From: Vicugna vicugna
Lineage: Eukaryota
DNA: 64,000 nt
Reading direction: 5' to 3'
NCBI GenBank assembly: GCA_013265495.1
Contig: MU058287.1
Location: 372,001 to 436,000 of the forward strand
Shown here: piece after piece, positions 1 to 53,200 of the stretch
How positions within the stretch are numbered: the first letter of the stretch is position 1
Layout: every line of letters begins with the position of its first letter
Notes under the pieces: generated by a model
Told to the model about the DNA's origin: nothing
The model's database searches: none
The model's input: the letters and a program-made list of their open reading frames with translations, nothing else
Made by a program: the position numbers and the translations under genes

Positions 1-37
1 TTTACTGGTGGTGCATTAAGTGTCTGATTCTGTAGAG

Positions 38-192
38 CGAGGGTTGGCAGTCCACAGCTAAAAGAGGTCAGTTAAGAATGATTTTTATATTTTTAAAGGG
101 TTAAAAAAAATACATGGTAGAGACATAAGTGGCTCACAAAGGCTAAAATATTTACTATCAGGCTCTTTACAGAAAACATCAGTCAATCCTTA
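38..192. mobile_element. MER58-like DNA transposon fragment
   Basis: AGGGTTGGCA...CACAAAGGCTAAAATATTTACTATC..GCTCTTTACAGAAAA. Confidence 0.55.
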
Positions 193-720
193 CTACAGAG
201 GACTTTCTTGACGCATTCAGTTTGTTCTGTCTTTGGTATATAACTCAAGAGGAGATCGACATGTGAAAGAATAATTGTGATAATGGTAAGGAGATGAAAC
301 TTAAACTTGCCTTAACGATAGAGAATATGTAAGGAGACTGAGCAGATCATGTCAGGGAAAGAGTAAGTATAAGTAGGTCGTGTGTGAGACCAGCTGACGG
401 AGGTGGCGGTGACTATTAAGGGGGTATAAGCAAAGAAAGAAAAGCAATAAAACGAAGTCAAAATGTACAGGGCTTTGCAGGCTTGTCACGGGAGTTTGGA
501 CAACGCTGCGCTCTTTGGAAGTGTGTGAAGTGATGTCATGAATGGCGATTCCAGGGAATCTGCCATCCGGAAGCAGCACCCAGGAGAAAACAGAGCCAGC
601 GCAGGGCCTGGGAGCGCGGTCCACTCTCCGGGTGAGCCTCCCTTTCTCCTGTGCCTTCAGTCGGCTCTTTCTTAGGCCTGCAAAGCCCACATTAAACACC
701 TCCATCAAAACAAATAACCT

Positions 721-1270
721 ACAAGTTCGACGTTTTTGGATTCCATGTGTAAGTTAGATCATACAGCATTTGTCTTTCTCTGTTTGACTTATCTCCCTTC
801 CTATAATACCCTCGAGGCCCAACCATGTTGTTGAAAATAGCAAATTTCCTTCTTTTTTGTGGCTGAATAATATTCATATGGATAACACAATACGTATTTT
901 TTCTTCGGAAGCAGAGAGTAGAACAGTGATTGCCAGAGGCGGAGGGGGTGGGGCAAATGGGGAGACTCTGGTCAAAGGGCACAAACTTTCAGTTATAAAA
1001 GGAGTTAAGTTCCAGGGACACAGGAACAGCATGGTGACTACAGTTAACAATACTGTATTGTCTACTTGGAGGTTGCTATGAGAGTGGAGCGTAAATGTTC
1101 TCACGATAACGTAACAACAAAATGGTAATTATGTACAGTGAAGGATGTGTTAACTAACATTGTGGTAAACATTTCACAATATATACCAGTATCAAATCAT
1201 CACATTATACACTTAAAGCTTACACAGTGTTATATGTCAATTATATCTCAATAAAGCTGGCGGAAAAAAA
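721..1270 (+). mobile_element. L1 3' end (L1MA9/L1MB-like) with inverted 5' part (721-907 antisense, 908-1270 sense)
   Basis: L1 3'UTR motifs on both strands, AATAAA plus poly(A), degenerate TSD AAAAC(A/CC)AATAACCT. Confidence 0.8.
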
Positions 1271-1634
1271 AACCCAATAACCTTCCTTCTACCCTGCCCC
1301 CCAGGTGAGCTGCCAGCCTGATCCTGGGAACATTCCAGAATCGTGGCCATTACTTTTTCAGCTCTCAGTTCCTCCTCGACCTCATCCTCCCTGGCTTGTG
1401 CTCCCAGAACTCCACTGAAACTGCCCTGAGATGCCTCAAGAGCCCCTAGTGACAAAACACTGCTCTTTTCACCCTCAACTCTGCAGTCGTGGCAACCGCT
1501 GACCATACTTGCTTCTTTTTAGAACTCTCTCCTCCCTTGGCATCTCAGGACTTCATCTTCCAACCGTCATCGGTCAGTCCCTCTCTCTTTCTGCTGTGTT
1601 CACTGTTCCTGTCCCCGGGGCTCTCCTCTCGCTG

Positions 1635-1790
1635 CTCAGTAGTCACTTGGGAGCTCTATAAAACAATACCCCTGTTCCCCCTCCCCCCAAGGCTTCTGAT
1701 TCTGTCTGTCAGGGGTGGGGACCGAGCACAGGCACGCCTCAAAGCTCTCCAGGTGGTTCTAATGTGCAAGTCAGGGGCCAGACCCACTGA
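1635..1790. mobile_element. MER5A-like DNA transposon fragment
   Basis: TTCTGATTC...GGGGTGGGG...CTCCAGGTGGTTCTAATGTGC...ACCCACTG. Confidence 0.55.
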
Positions 1791-3523
1791 GTTACAGGTG
1801 GAGAAGGAAACTGGAGCCCTCTAAGATACCAAGATAATCTTTTCAAGCATCTATTATAGCTACAAATTTGTGGCTTTAATAAAAGGCACGTATTCTTATT
1901 AAAATATATTTTTTAAAGGGAGCAGGTAGGTATTATAATCACCATCTTCTTTGAAAAGAATAGTTCTGTGGGTCTCTATGAATTTTAATGCTGCTTATAA
2001 TACAGTATTTTAAAAGTCTATAGTTCTGCAATACAAAACCAGCATCCCATCTCCCATAAACACCCCCCCACACCCAGCCCAGCCACATAAAAGGGAAAAA
2101 CATGCAGTATCTAGAAGGCGGGGTAGCAATGGTTTCTTTAGAATCTCAATATACTCTGAAAAAACATAATTTAACATCAAGCCTAGAGATGTGGCTTCAA
2201 ACTGTGGCCATTTATTTTGATGGAGCCAATCTGGCCAGGTCGACACGCTGCAAATGAACTTATCTTTTGGTTCAGCCAGATTAATTCTGTGCAGGGATGT
2301 GCAGGAAAGGACTGTCTTTGTGCACTCAACGTCTCTGGAGTGTTGGAGAGGAAAGTTCCACCCGTGTCTGATATCCAAGGGCTCATCTTTGTTCTGCCCA
2401 GAATCTTTGAGAAACTCTTTAGACCTTTCTCATATATGAAGTACAGAGTTAGCAATTCACTGGTGAGGAGTTAGGTAAGCAAAATCTGAGCCACTAACAG
2501 AAGTGTCAGGAAAAAATCACTTTACAGACATTTTTTAATGATCAAGCTAATCATGTTGCTTACTCTCCATCATTCTAATACAATTTCTTTTCTGACGTGA
2601 TGCTAAAAGCCATCTATTTTCAAAAGTACAGGAGTTGTTAGGAGAGCCAATGTTCAGCTGGGAAAACTCAAAATAGAATGTTTTTCAAAACGTATACTCA
2701 GTGGGATTCAGCCCAATTTAGCCCTTCACAGGTACTTAATATTCTCCTAAGAGTATCTGAGGTCTTTGAAGTTAACTGCCCATTATGTCCAGAGTTTGTT
2801 AAGTACTCTTCTTCTCAAAGCTTGATACTTTAAGGATTAACCTTACATCTTGGAGAGAAAAACAATGAAACCAGTTTATGGAAACTGGTATTTGTCCACA
2901 AACTGAACTCTGACATGTAAATTCCTACCACTCATAGCCTTAAACATAAGAACTTTGGGAGAAGTGGTGAGGTTACAGGGTAAGTAGAATTTCTAAGCGG
3001 ATTCTTGGGTTTGGGGTAAATTTCAACATTAAAATGGTAGGGGAAAGAAAAATAATGAAAACACAGGGATTGATTGCTAGTCACCAAAAATAACACGGGG
3101 CGATCAAGCAAAATGACTGACTTAGTGCAAAATACTGTGCGTTCACTGTCATCGCATCTACTGTCGCTGACACGGGCTGAGCTTCGCACAAGCTTGGGGC
3201 AGCATGCAGCCGGGAACACGCGTGGAGGGAGAACGCCCACCCCGGAAGTGTCCTCAAACACGGCGGAAGGTGAAGAAACCATCAGAAGAATCCTCGGAAG
3301 GCTGGGACTCTCCTTCTGGAGGGATCCTGTTAATTAAGAGAGCGAGGCACTCACCTGGAAACGATCGCCTATCTTACACTGGGTATCAGTGAACTCGACC
3401 AGAGGCCCCGAGAGCCCATCTGGTTCCAGCGTGGCTTCCTGGTTTACTGACCACACGCTGACTACGTGCAAGCCCACGATGGGACCAACGTAATGAGAAA
3501 GAAAGAAAAGGCATCACGGTTCA

Positions 3524-45010
<41,487 letters not shown>

Positions 45011-45740
45011 TTTTTTTTTCCTTCAAGAAAAACTACAGTGGAATCCATTTACTTAAAAAAAAAATTGAATAAATCAGCTATATATGGGGTAATGATTTGT
45101 TACCGAAATGCCTAATAAAATATATTCTTAATCAAAGTCTTCATTTCATAATAAAATAGATTTATTTGGCATCTTAATATATTTTTTTAAGTCAGCAACA
45201 GACTGGTTTCCAGGGGCCATATCTGAGTGTACACAGTGCAAATGTCAGAATTGTTAATAATTTGTTACACTATGGATATTAGTTCCAAATGGACTAAAAA
45301 CTAATGTAGATACTTTTTTACATTATATGAAACTCAGTATAGTTTGACATTAATACTGAGGTAAAATCTTTTGGGAGGTAGGTGTGAAGTTTGGAAAATA
45401 TGCTATTTGATTAATCCTAAAGCTCACTAGAGTGCAGTATACAGGAGTGAATTATAGTTTTCTCCAGTTAGTCTTCAAAGGGATAAATTATTTGTCTTAA
45501 ATATCAGGTGATTGAGGACCTTTTTTAAAATGGAATCAGTGAATTTAACAACCATGATCAGCGATTTTTTTCTTTACTGTTGTTAACAGTCCTTAAGAAA
45601 CTACATATTGATTTAGAGGCTAAAATTGTGTTGATGCTGTCTATTCGCAGCTATTATTAACTACTGTACATAGTTTCAAGTTCATTTATATGTAAATTTA
45701 ATACCTTTGTATTGATTTTTAGCACAGTGAATCTTATTGC

Positions 45741-45746
45741 AATAAA
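45741..45746 (+). terminator. Candidate PEX3 polyadenylation signal AATAAA (others at 45068, 45114, 45150)
   Basis: AATAAA in the AT-rich region after the stop, with T-rich downstream sequence; usage not verifiable from sequence. Confidence 0.4.
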
Positions 45747-45937
45747 ATATTTTAGTAAAAAACGCTTTTATTGAGTTAATACTTTACAGCTATTAATTTA
45801 TTTGCCCCATAGATATTTTGCTGTTATTTTTGGAGATTATGCAAGTTTTCAAGTTTAATTTTATCTGGCAATTGAAGCTTTAACTTACTTGTTTAGAAAA
45901 AATAAATAGCATTTCCTTCTGAAAAGAAATAATTGCT

Positions 45938-46185
45938 GGAGGGAGATAAATTAGGAGCTTGGGATTAACATATACACATTACTATATATAAGATAGATAA
46001 ACAACAAGGACCTACCATATAGAAAAAGGAACTGTATTTAATATCTTGTTATAACCTATAATGGAAAAGAATCTGAAAAAGAATATATATATATATGTAT
46101 AACTGAATCATTTTGCTATATATCTGAAATACAACATTGTAAATTAACTATACGTCAATAAAAAATAGTTAACAAAAAATGTTTT
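45938..46185 (+). mobile_element. Short 5'-truncated L1 3' end (same family as the 61560-61854 tail)
   Basis: GGAGGGAGATAAATTAGGAG...AACAAGGACCTAC...AAGAATCTGAAAAAGAATATATA...AATAAAAA. Confidence 0.85.
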
Positions 46186-47275
46186 AAAAAATAATTCATT
46201 GTAAATCTATAGTTCTTTTTTATAAGATTAATTAGGGCAGAAATAAATCAATCATGTATCATCATTATATTAGATATATTTTCAATAGTATATTTTCAGT
46301 ATCAGTGTTTTATATTCTTCCAACACATAACATATAGCTAAATAATAGAAGGTAGGAAACAAATTGCGAAGTCTCTTCTAAGGGCAGGTTAGGCCTGAAG
46401 CAAAACTGCTAGGGAATCTATGTCTAGAATGTTTAAAAAAAAAAAAAAACAGCAACAGATGTAAAGGTAGAGAGGAGGGCAAATTCTTCTTTTCAAAATT
46501 TGACAGAATATAATGATGTTATTTCTAAAAGGGTGACAGAAAAACTGCGTTTTGGAAATTAGCGAATGTGTAAGTAATAGGGCATGCATCTCTTCCAGCA
46601 ATATTAACCCAGGATTTCATCCAAGGAGATTTTGAGACGGAACAGGTGTGACCTTGGAAGGATAGAAAGCTGATCAGCTGAAAATTATTACCTGGAATCA
46701 TCTGCATCTGTAGGGTTGTGACAGTTGAAGAGATGACAAGGTAAAAATCACATGTATCTGAAGCTAATTGGCCTTGGATGTTACAAATTTGTCTTCTAGG
46801 AGTACAGCTGAAGCCCTCTTGTCTGGGACCCGCAGTTGTTTGGTTAATCCAAAGTGTCATTTAAAGTAGGTTATCAACAAAAAAATGTATTCTTAGATAT
46901 TTTAACTTAAAATATAAGTAGCCTTTATTTGCTAATTATTAATGTAGGACCTAGGTCTTTTCTACCTTTTAGATACAGGTCTGCTTACAGAGGTTCTCTA
47001 ATTATCTTTCTTACACAGATCATATGCATTACATCACAACTAGAGATACAGAATTTTTGTAAATTTTTACTGTATTTCCCCCCAGTCTTTTAGAACTGTT
47101 TTGCCCATAATTAGTTAACCAATACCTTTAAATTAAAAAAAAAAAGCAACACCCTTTTATCTAGTCTTTCCAAAGTATTCAACCAATTTCACAGAAACTG
47201 CAACCCATCACACTCACGTCATCTGATTATGTACTCATGATAAAAAGTTCAACTGGCATAATCAGTTTGGTTATT

Positions 47276-47651
47276 GTATTAGAGTTACTAGAGCTGCCAT
47301 AACAAATTACCACTAACTGTAGCTTAACAACAAAAGTTTATTCTCATCATTCTGACACTTAGAAGTCCAAAATTAAGATATCAGCAGGACCGTGCTCCCT
47401 CTGAAGGCTCTAGGGAAGAATCCTTCCAGTCAGTCCTCCTTGACCCTTCCAAGCCAAGGTGTTTCTTGGCTTATAGCAGCATAACTCCAATCTCTGCTTC
47501 TGTCTTCACATGGTCATCTTTTCTGTGTGTCCCCCATCTTATCTCAATACTTAATTACATCTGCAAAGACACTGTTTCCAAGTCAGATCACATTCTGTGC
47601 TTTTGGGTAGACATGAATGTTGGGGAACAGCATTCAACCCACTATAGTAAC
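47276..47651 (-). mobile_element. MaLR LTR (MLT1C-like)
   Basis: TGTATTAG...GCTGCCATAACAAATTACCAC...CTCCCTCTGAAGGCTCTAGGGAAGAATCC...ATTCAACCCACTATA. Confidence 0.72.
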
Positions 47652-49537
47652 AGACTCAGCTAATCCTTGGTAAGCGTATGCTGCAGCAAGTGGAAATCGA
47701 AGGGAAAGGAAGCACGTACCAGACAGAAGCCTACTAACTGAAAGCCTGCAGCTTGCCTAGGCGTCAGTCAGTATGCCGCTTTTCCAAGGAAATGCAGAGC
47801 ATCCGTTAATCTAGTGAGTTGATTAAATGGATATTACTTAAAATAGCTTCTCCTTCAAACTTGTATAAATGTGTTTGTTACTGTGTACATACAAAAATTT
47901 GATATGAACAGTTGTTTTCTTTGTTTGGAAGTTAGACAGGAAGGTTTTTATCTAACCACATCTTTACAAAATTGAACAGAAAGTAAAACATGTTTTGTTT
48001 TCTGATGTCCTAATTCATATTTATTTGAATAACCTGACCTTTTAAAGTAATTGTGTTGCTTCAAAATGGCACTCATAAGAAAATGAGATGTGGAATCTTA
48101 TTAAAGCAATATCCATATTTGTAATATCAATGTCTAAATCATTCAGTCTAATAATCTAGCTTTACTTGCCTTCAGTATTTCTCTAGTCATTAAAGAAAAA
48201 TCCAAAGTTACTGAAATTCAAAACAAGTCAATTTTGTACTTATAAGTAACTCCAGGAAAAGGATTAGTTGGTTGGCAGGGTAAGAACTATTGGCTTAAAG
48301 TGGGTAATAAGAGATCTGATTGTTAATTATCCTTGCTATAATTCTTGCCCTCCATACCAGTGATAATTCTAAGAATTTGATGGACTATTTTAAGATCCTT
48401 ATTATGAGTCCCACGTGTAGATTTCACATATAAGCAAGATATACCTTAAATAAAATTTGGTATTCATACTTTTTTCAATATATAGTGTCTGGTTTTTAGC
48501 AAAGCATTTTACTCAGTACTTCTGAATGTTCAGCTATATTTTGTCATTTCGCTCCCTCACAGCTTCCTATTAACTAAACCCTATATTTAACTTAATTTGC
48601 TTAAATAGTTCCATTTTTCCTCTGTATTCTCTATTTGTAAAGGTCAAGGTGGACAAGGTAGGAATTTAAGTGGTTGACAGGTTTTGGCCTCAAAAATACT
48701 TCTTTCAAACAGACAGATGGACCCTACTTTTATGTTCATATCCTGTAACCCTGTTTATTTGGGTTTGTTTGAAGTATTTTTTCCTTTTTTCTTTTTTGTC
48801 TTTTCTTAGTCTAATATTTGGGATCATGTAAATCTGTCCGTGTTGGATCTCTAATAAAGTGTTAGTTGGGATTTAGAATTATTAAAGTATTTACTCATGT
48901 AAATACTTTGGCGTGGTTTCAAATTTTTGATAGTTGTAGGAACTTCAGCAATGAATAATTTTAAGCATGATTTTAGAAAATAAATACGAATAGTGTTTCG
49001 TTTCCCTCTCTACTTGAAGCATTTGTGGGGAACAATGAGATGTCTGCATTTCACTAATTAATGTGACAAAATGGAACCCACAGCACTTCAAAGATCTGGC
49101 CACGTGGGACATCTTTGTTGAGGGGAAGGAGTTCTTTAATCAGTATTTCTTTAAATTTACATCAGTATCTCAATTATTTTTGTTTCATTATTTTGCTTCA
49201 TTCTTAGGGAAACTCTGAATATATTTCCTAATTTTCAGCTAGGCTTTCAACTTCAGTTTGTTTGAAGGCAAATACAGGAAGCAAATTTATTCATTTAAAT
49301 TGGACCTCAAATTAGCCTACCTACAAAAACAGGCTCACACCTCCAATCCCATGCCCTCATCTCCCCCCCAGAAAAACCTGGAAGAATATACTAAAATAAT
49401 AGTAGTGGTGACCTTAACAGTGATTTTACCTTTAAGCATTTCTGTGTATTTTTAAATATCTATAGTGAACATATCAGTTTTATTACAAGAGCATTGAAAA
49501 TAAGTATTAAGCCTAATTTCTTATATGCCTGTGACCT

Positions 49538-49907
49538 ATATTAGTCTGCTAGGGCTGCCATGATAAATACCACAGACTGGGTGCCTTAAACAACAGTAGT
49601 TTATTTCTTCTCAGTTTTGGAAGCCGGAAGCCCCAGGTGGTGGCGGGTCTGGTTTCCCTTGAGGCCTCCCGCCTTGACCTGCAGGTGGCCGACTTCCCTC
49701 TGCGTCCTCACGTGGGCCTTCCTCTGTGCGCTCGCGTTCCTGCTCCTCCTCTTCTTATAAGGATACCAGTTATACTGGACTAAGGTCCCACCTTTATAAC
49801 TTCAATTAAGCTTAGTTATTTCTTTAAAATCTCTAAATACGGTCACATTGAGGGGTTAGGGCTTCAACATGTGAATTTGGCAGAAGACACGATTCAGTCC
49901 TTAACAC
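49538..49907 (-). mobile_element. MaLR LTR (MLT1A0-like) just downstream of the FUCA2 stop
   Basis: TATTAGTCTGCTAGGGCTGCCATG...CACAGACTGGG...CTTATAAGGATACCAG...ATTCAGTCCTTAACA. Confidence 0.78.
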
Positions 49908-50142
49908 CACCAATTCCTAGCTACCCTAAAATAAAAACCCCCACCTCTGAATCACACATAGAAATAAATTCAATGTGAAGAGACATCAATAGCAAAGTGC
50001 ATTGAAGAGTGAAAACAGTGATGTGGGTGATTTAGGAAATTCTTGTTCAATCTCACATTTGATTTATCATGTGCTACAACTATAGACACCTGATATTTTT
50101 AGTCTTTAGATATTACAGCAGCATAAAGCCCTCTGCTGTACA

Positions 50143-50283
50143 TTAGGCCACATGAGTTAGTTCTAGAGCCCAGCCCCATTTACAGGGCATCTGATGAACA
50201 GTTAGGTGAGGCAGTTCAACCATAATGCCGTTTTGCTTGGAAAAAGTCCAGTTAAGTAGCTTTCCATGTCCCAGCAGTTTAAC
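50143..50283 (-). CDS. FUCA2: FUCA2 exon 7 coding part (141 nt incl. TAA)
   Basis: [46 protein letters not shown]. Confidence 0.95.
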   Translation of the reverse strand, partial: VKLLGHGKLLNWTFSKQNGIMVELPHLTVHQMPCKWGWALELTHVA

Positions 50284-53200
50284 CTGAAATTAAAAACATA
50301 CATACAGATGTCTCCAAATATATCTGACTTACTCACTTTATTGGGAAGGAGAGGTTGATATTTCTTAAAAAGCAATATAGGCAAGCGATGTATTTTTTAC
50401 TTTTATTTAGTAGGTCACAAGCTGTTTCAATTCTTGATCCAAATGAGTGCATACATCTGTCTTGCTCCTATATTACTTTCAAAAGTGTGCAGAAGTTGAG
50501 GAAGATTTGTGAAGATTGAATAGTGTCAGAGTGGGGAAGGTGAGTCTAGAACCAGACTGCCCAACTGAGCCCAAAGAGCTCAGCTCTTACACACAATGTT
50601 TGGAGAAAGGCTCACCTTTCTCCCCAGCCCAGATGTTCCAGTAATCCCCACTAGCCAACCATGCATGAGTGAGATCCGTTACTACTGTGACTGTTTTATA
50701 TGCTTAGTCTTACACAAAATGAATTTAGATTTCAACATATCTGTGGTTATTTGGAACCAGAAAACTTTGCTTATCATGTAGAATAATAATATGAAAACAC
50801 ATGAACTTTTAAATAACAGTATTAATGGCGGCCAGAGAAAACATGGACAAAATAAAAAGATAATGCCACGCCCAGGCCACTAGGCTGTAATTAACCTCAG
50901 ATTTGAACTCTAGTCCTTTTCTGCCTGATCAGCCCAAGTGTTAGAAATGAAATATGGAAAGATGATGCAAGGAGAAGCGTATGGACAATTCACCTCCCAG
51001 GAAATTTTCGATTTCTTAAAAATAAGCTTATAAGTATATCAAAATGAGCTCAATATCAGAGCTAATGGTAACAACTGTCGGATTAACCTTTAACTTTCTC
51101 CAGATTTTTTATGAACTTAAAATAGTAAGGCCATGACATATTTATTCAGATGCGTTCTGGCATGGGATGTTGGGAAGAATCTGAGCTCCAGTTTTACGAA
51201 GAGTCATTTTGGATACATGCAGGGCAGCTTGAACAGCATAGAATGACCTTGAAGAAGACATTTCATCCTGATTTGCATGGAGATAATACAGCTGTTTTAT
51301 AATTTTAGTTTTCTGGGAAATGAAAGAAAATTTTCAAAGGTTTTTGCCAAACATTGCCATTGATAAAGCTAATTTTAAAATTACTCTTATGAGGTATAAG
51401 AGGAGCACATAAAAGGCTCACCTTGAAGTTAAAAGTTATGTTTCCATCAGGACAGTCTCATCAGCAATTTAAAGGAACAATAAAGAATTGTTTTCCTCTT
51501 ACCTCTGTTGCCCCCGGAGTAGCTCTGGGCTGACCCAGAAGCAGCTGTCCTGATGTGGGCCATGTGAGAAACATGGCATAGACCAATTTGCTTTTAGGTT
51601 TGAATGTGTACCTGGTTAAAAAGGGGAAAAGCATAGTAATGTTTCTCATTATTTATGAGTCAGGTCTAGAATTATTTTACCGAGATACTTCCATTTAGCA
51701 AATATTTACCAATGTTTTTATTAGTAGAGGGAAAGAATAATAGCCTTATGGTAGTCTAAAAAGCACCCAGAAGGGTTCTGATCCCAATTCCAGTGTGGTG
51801 GGGGCGGGAAGTTCCCCACACCACCAAGCAATTCTCAGACACCAGCTGTGTGTCCTACAACTCTGTCTACCCAGAGATAGTGTCAGGTTCCACAGGATAG
51901 GGTTTAGTCCTACAAGACTGCCCTCCAGCCTCAAATTCAGATAGCAGTCACAAGTCCAGATCATCACTTGGGCTTCTGACCCATAGGGTATAGACTGGAG
52001 GTTCCCATGACTCCCTCCTTGGGTTCAGTTAAGTTGCTAGAGCAGCTCACAGAGTTCATAGAAACATTTTACTTTCTAGATTATAGGTCTATTATAAAAG
52101 TATGTAACTCAGGAACAGCCAGATGGAGAGATGCACAGGGCAAGGTATGTGGGAAATGGCACAGAACTTCCACGCCATCTCCAGGTACCCCTCTCTCCCG
52201 GCACCTCCACCAATCCAGAAGCTCTCCGCCCATCCTTTGTGGTTTTTATGCAGCTTCATTGCATAGTTAAAATTGATGAAATCATTGGCAATTGATGACT
52301 GGTTAAACCTCCAGCCTCTCACGCCCCCCTGGAGACTGTGGGTGGGACTGAAAGTTCCAACCCTCTAATCACATGGTTGGGTCTCCTGGCCTCCTTTGGT
52401 AGGGTCAAAAATTACTTCAGTGACATAACAGAAGACACCTTTATCGCTCTCATCACTCAAGAAATTTCAAGAGTTTCAGGAGCTCTGTGCCAGAAACAGA
52501 CAAAGACCAAATATATATTTCTTATTACAAATCCCAATTCTCACATGACCTCCCTCCCCGACTTCCCCAATACTAAAAGGAAGTTTTGGAACATAGATTT
52601 TTCTAGTACTACTCTTCTTCATCAGGCTGTTCTCATAGAGCTAGAAACAGGTGGGGAGTGTGAGCAAAGAGGGCAAGATGCAAGAATGGATGGCTTTCCA
52701 CCTGCTGATTACTTCATATTCCTTCATTCAGTAGGTGTTTTGTGTCAACGCTGAGCCAAGCATTGGTGTTAGGGATACAATCGAAAACTAAACACACTTA
52801 GTTCTTGTTCTTGTGACTCCTAGATTAGAGTGAGGAAGACATTAAATAATCATACAAATAATATGTAAGTGTGAACTTTGATAAGCACTATGAAAAAAAA
52901 AGGAAATTGGAAGATTATAACAAAGGGATCTTTTTAGGTTAGACCATCAGCAAAAAGCCTGTCCAAGAAAATGACATTTAATCAGAGACTTACAGGATGA
53001 ATGAGAAAAAAAGAAAAGTTAGAAGAGTAAGGTCTAGACAAAGAAAACAGAATTCATTGATTTTTTTCACTCCAATATTCAACAAACATTTATCGACATC
53101 TTAAAATGCTAATCACCGTTTCAGAGCTGGAGGCATAGCACTGAACGCAGTCCCTGTCCTCGTGGAGCTTATGTTGTAGTGGAAAATATTAGAAGGAGCA

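Noticed and set aside
2100..2480. Non-repetitive stretch with overlapping ORFs, possibly ADAT2 exon 5 or a conserved element
   Set aside because: Does not encode the expected ADAT2 C-terminus (roughly CIPGYRAEEAV...); conservation cannot be judged without alignment
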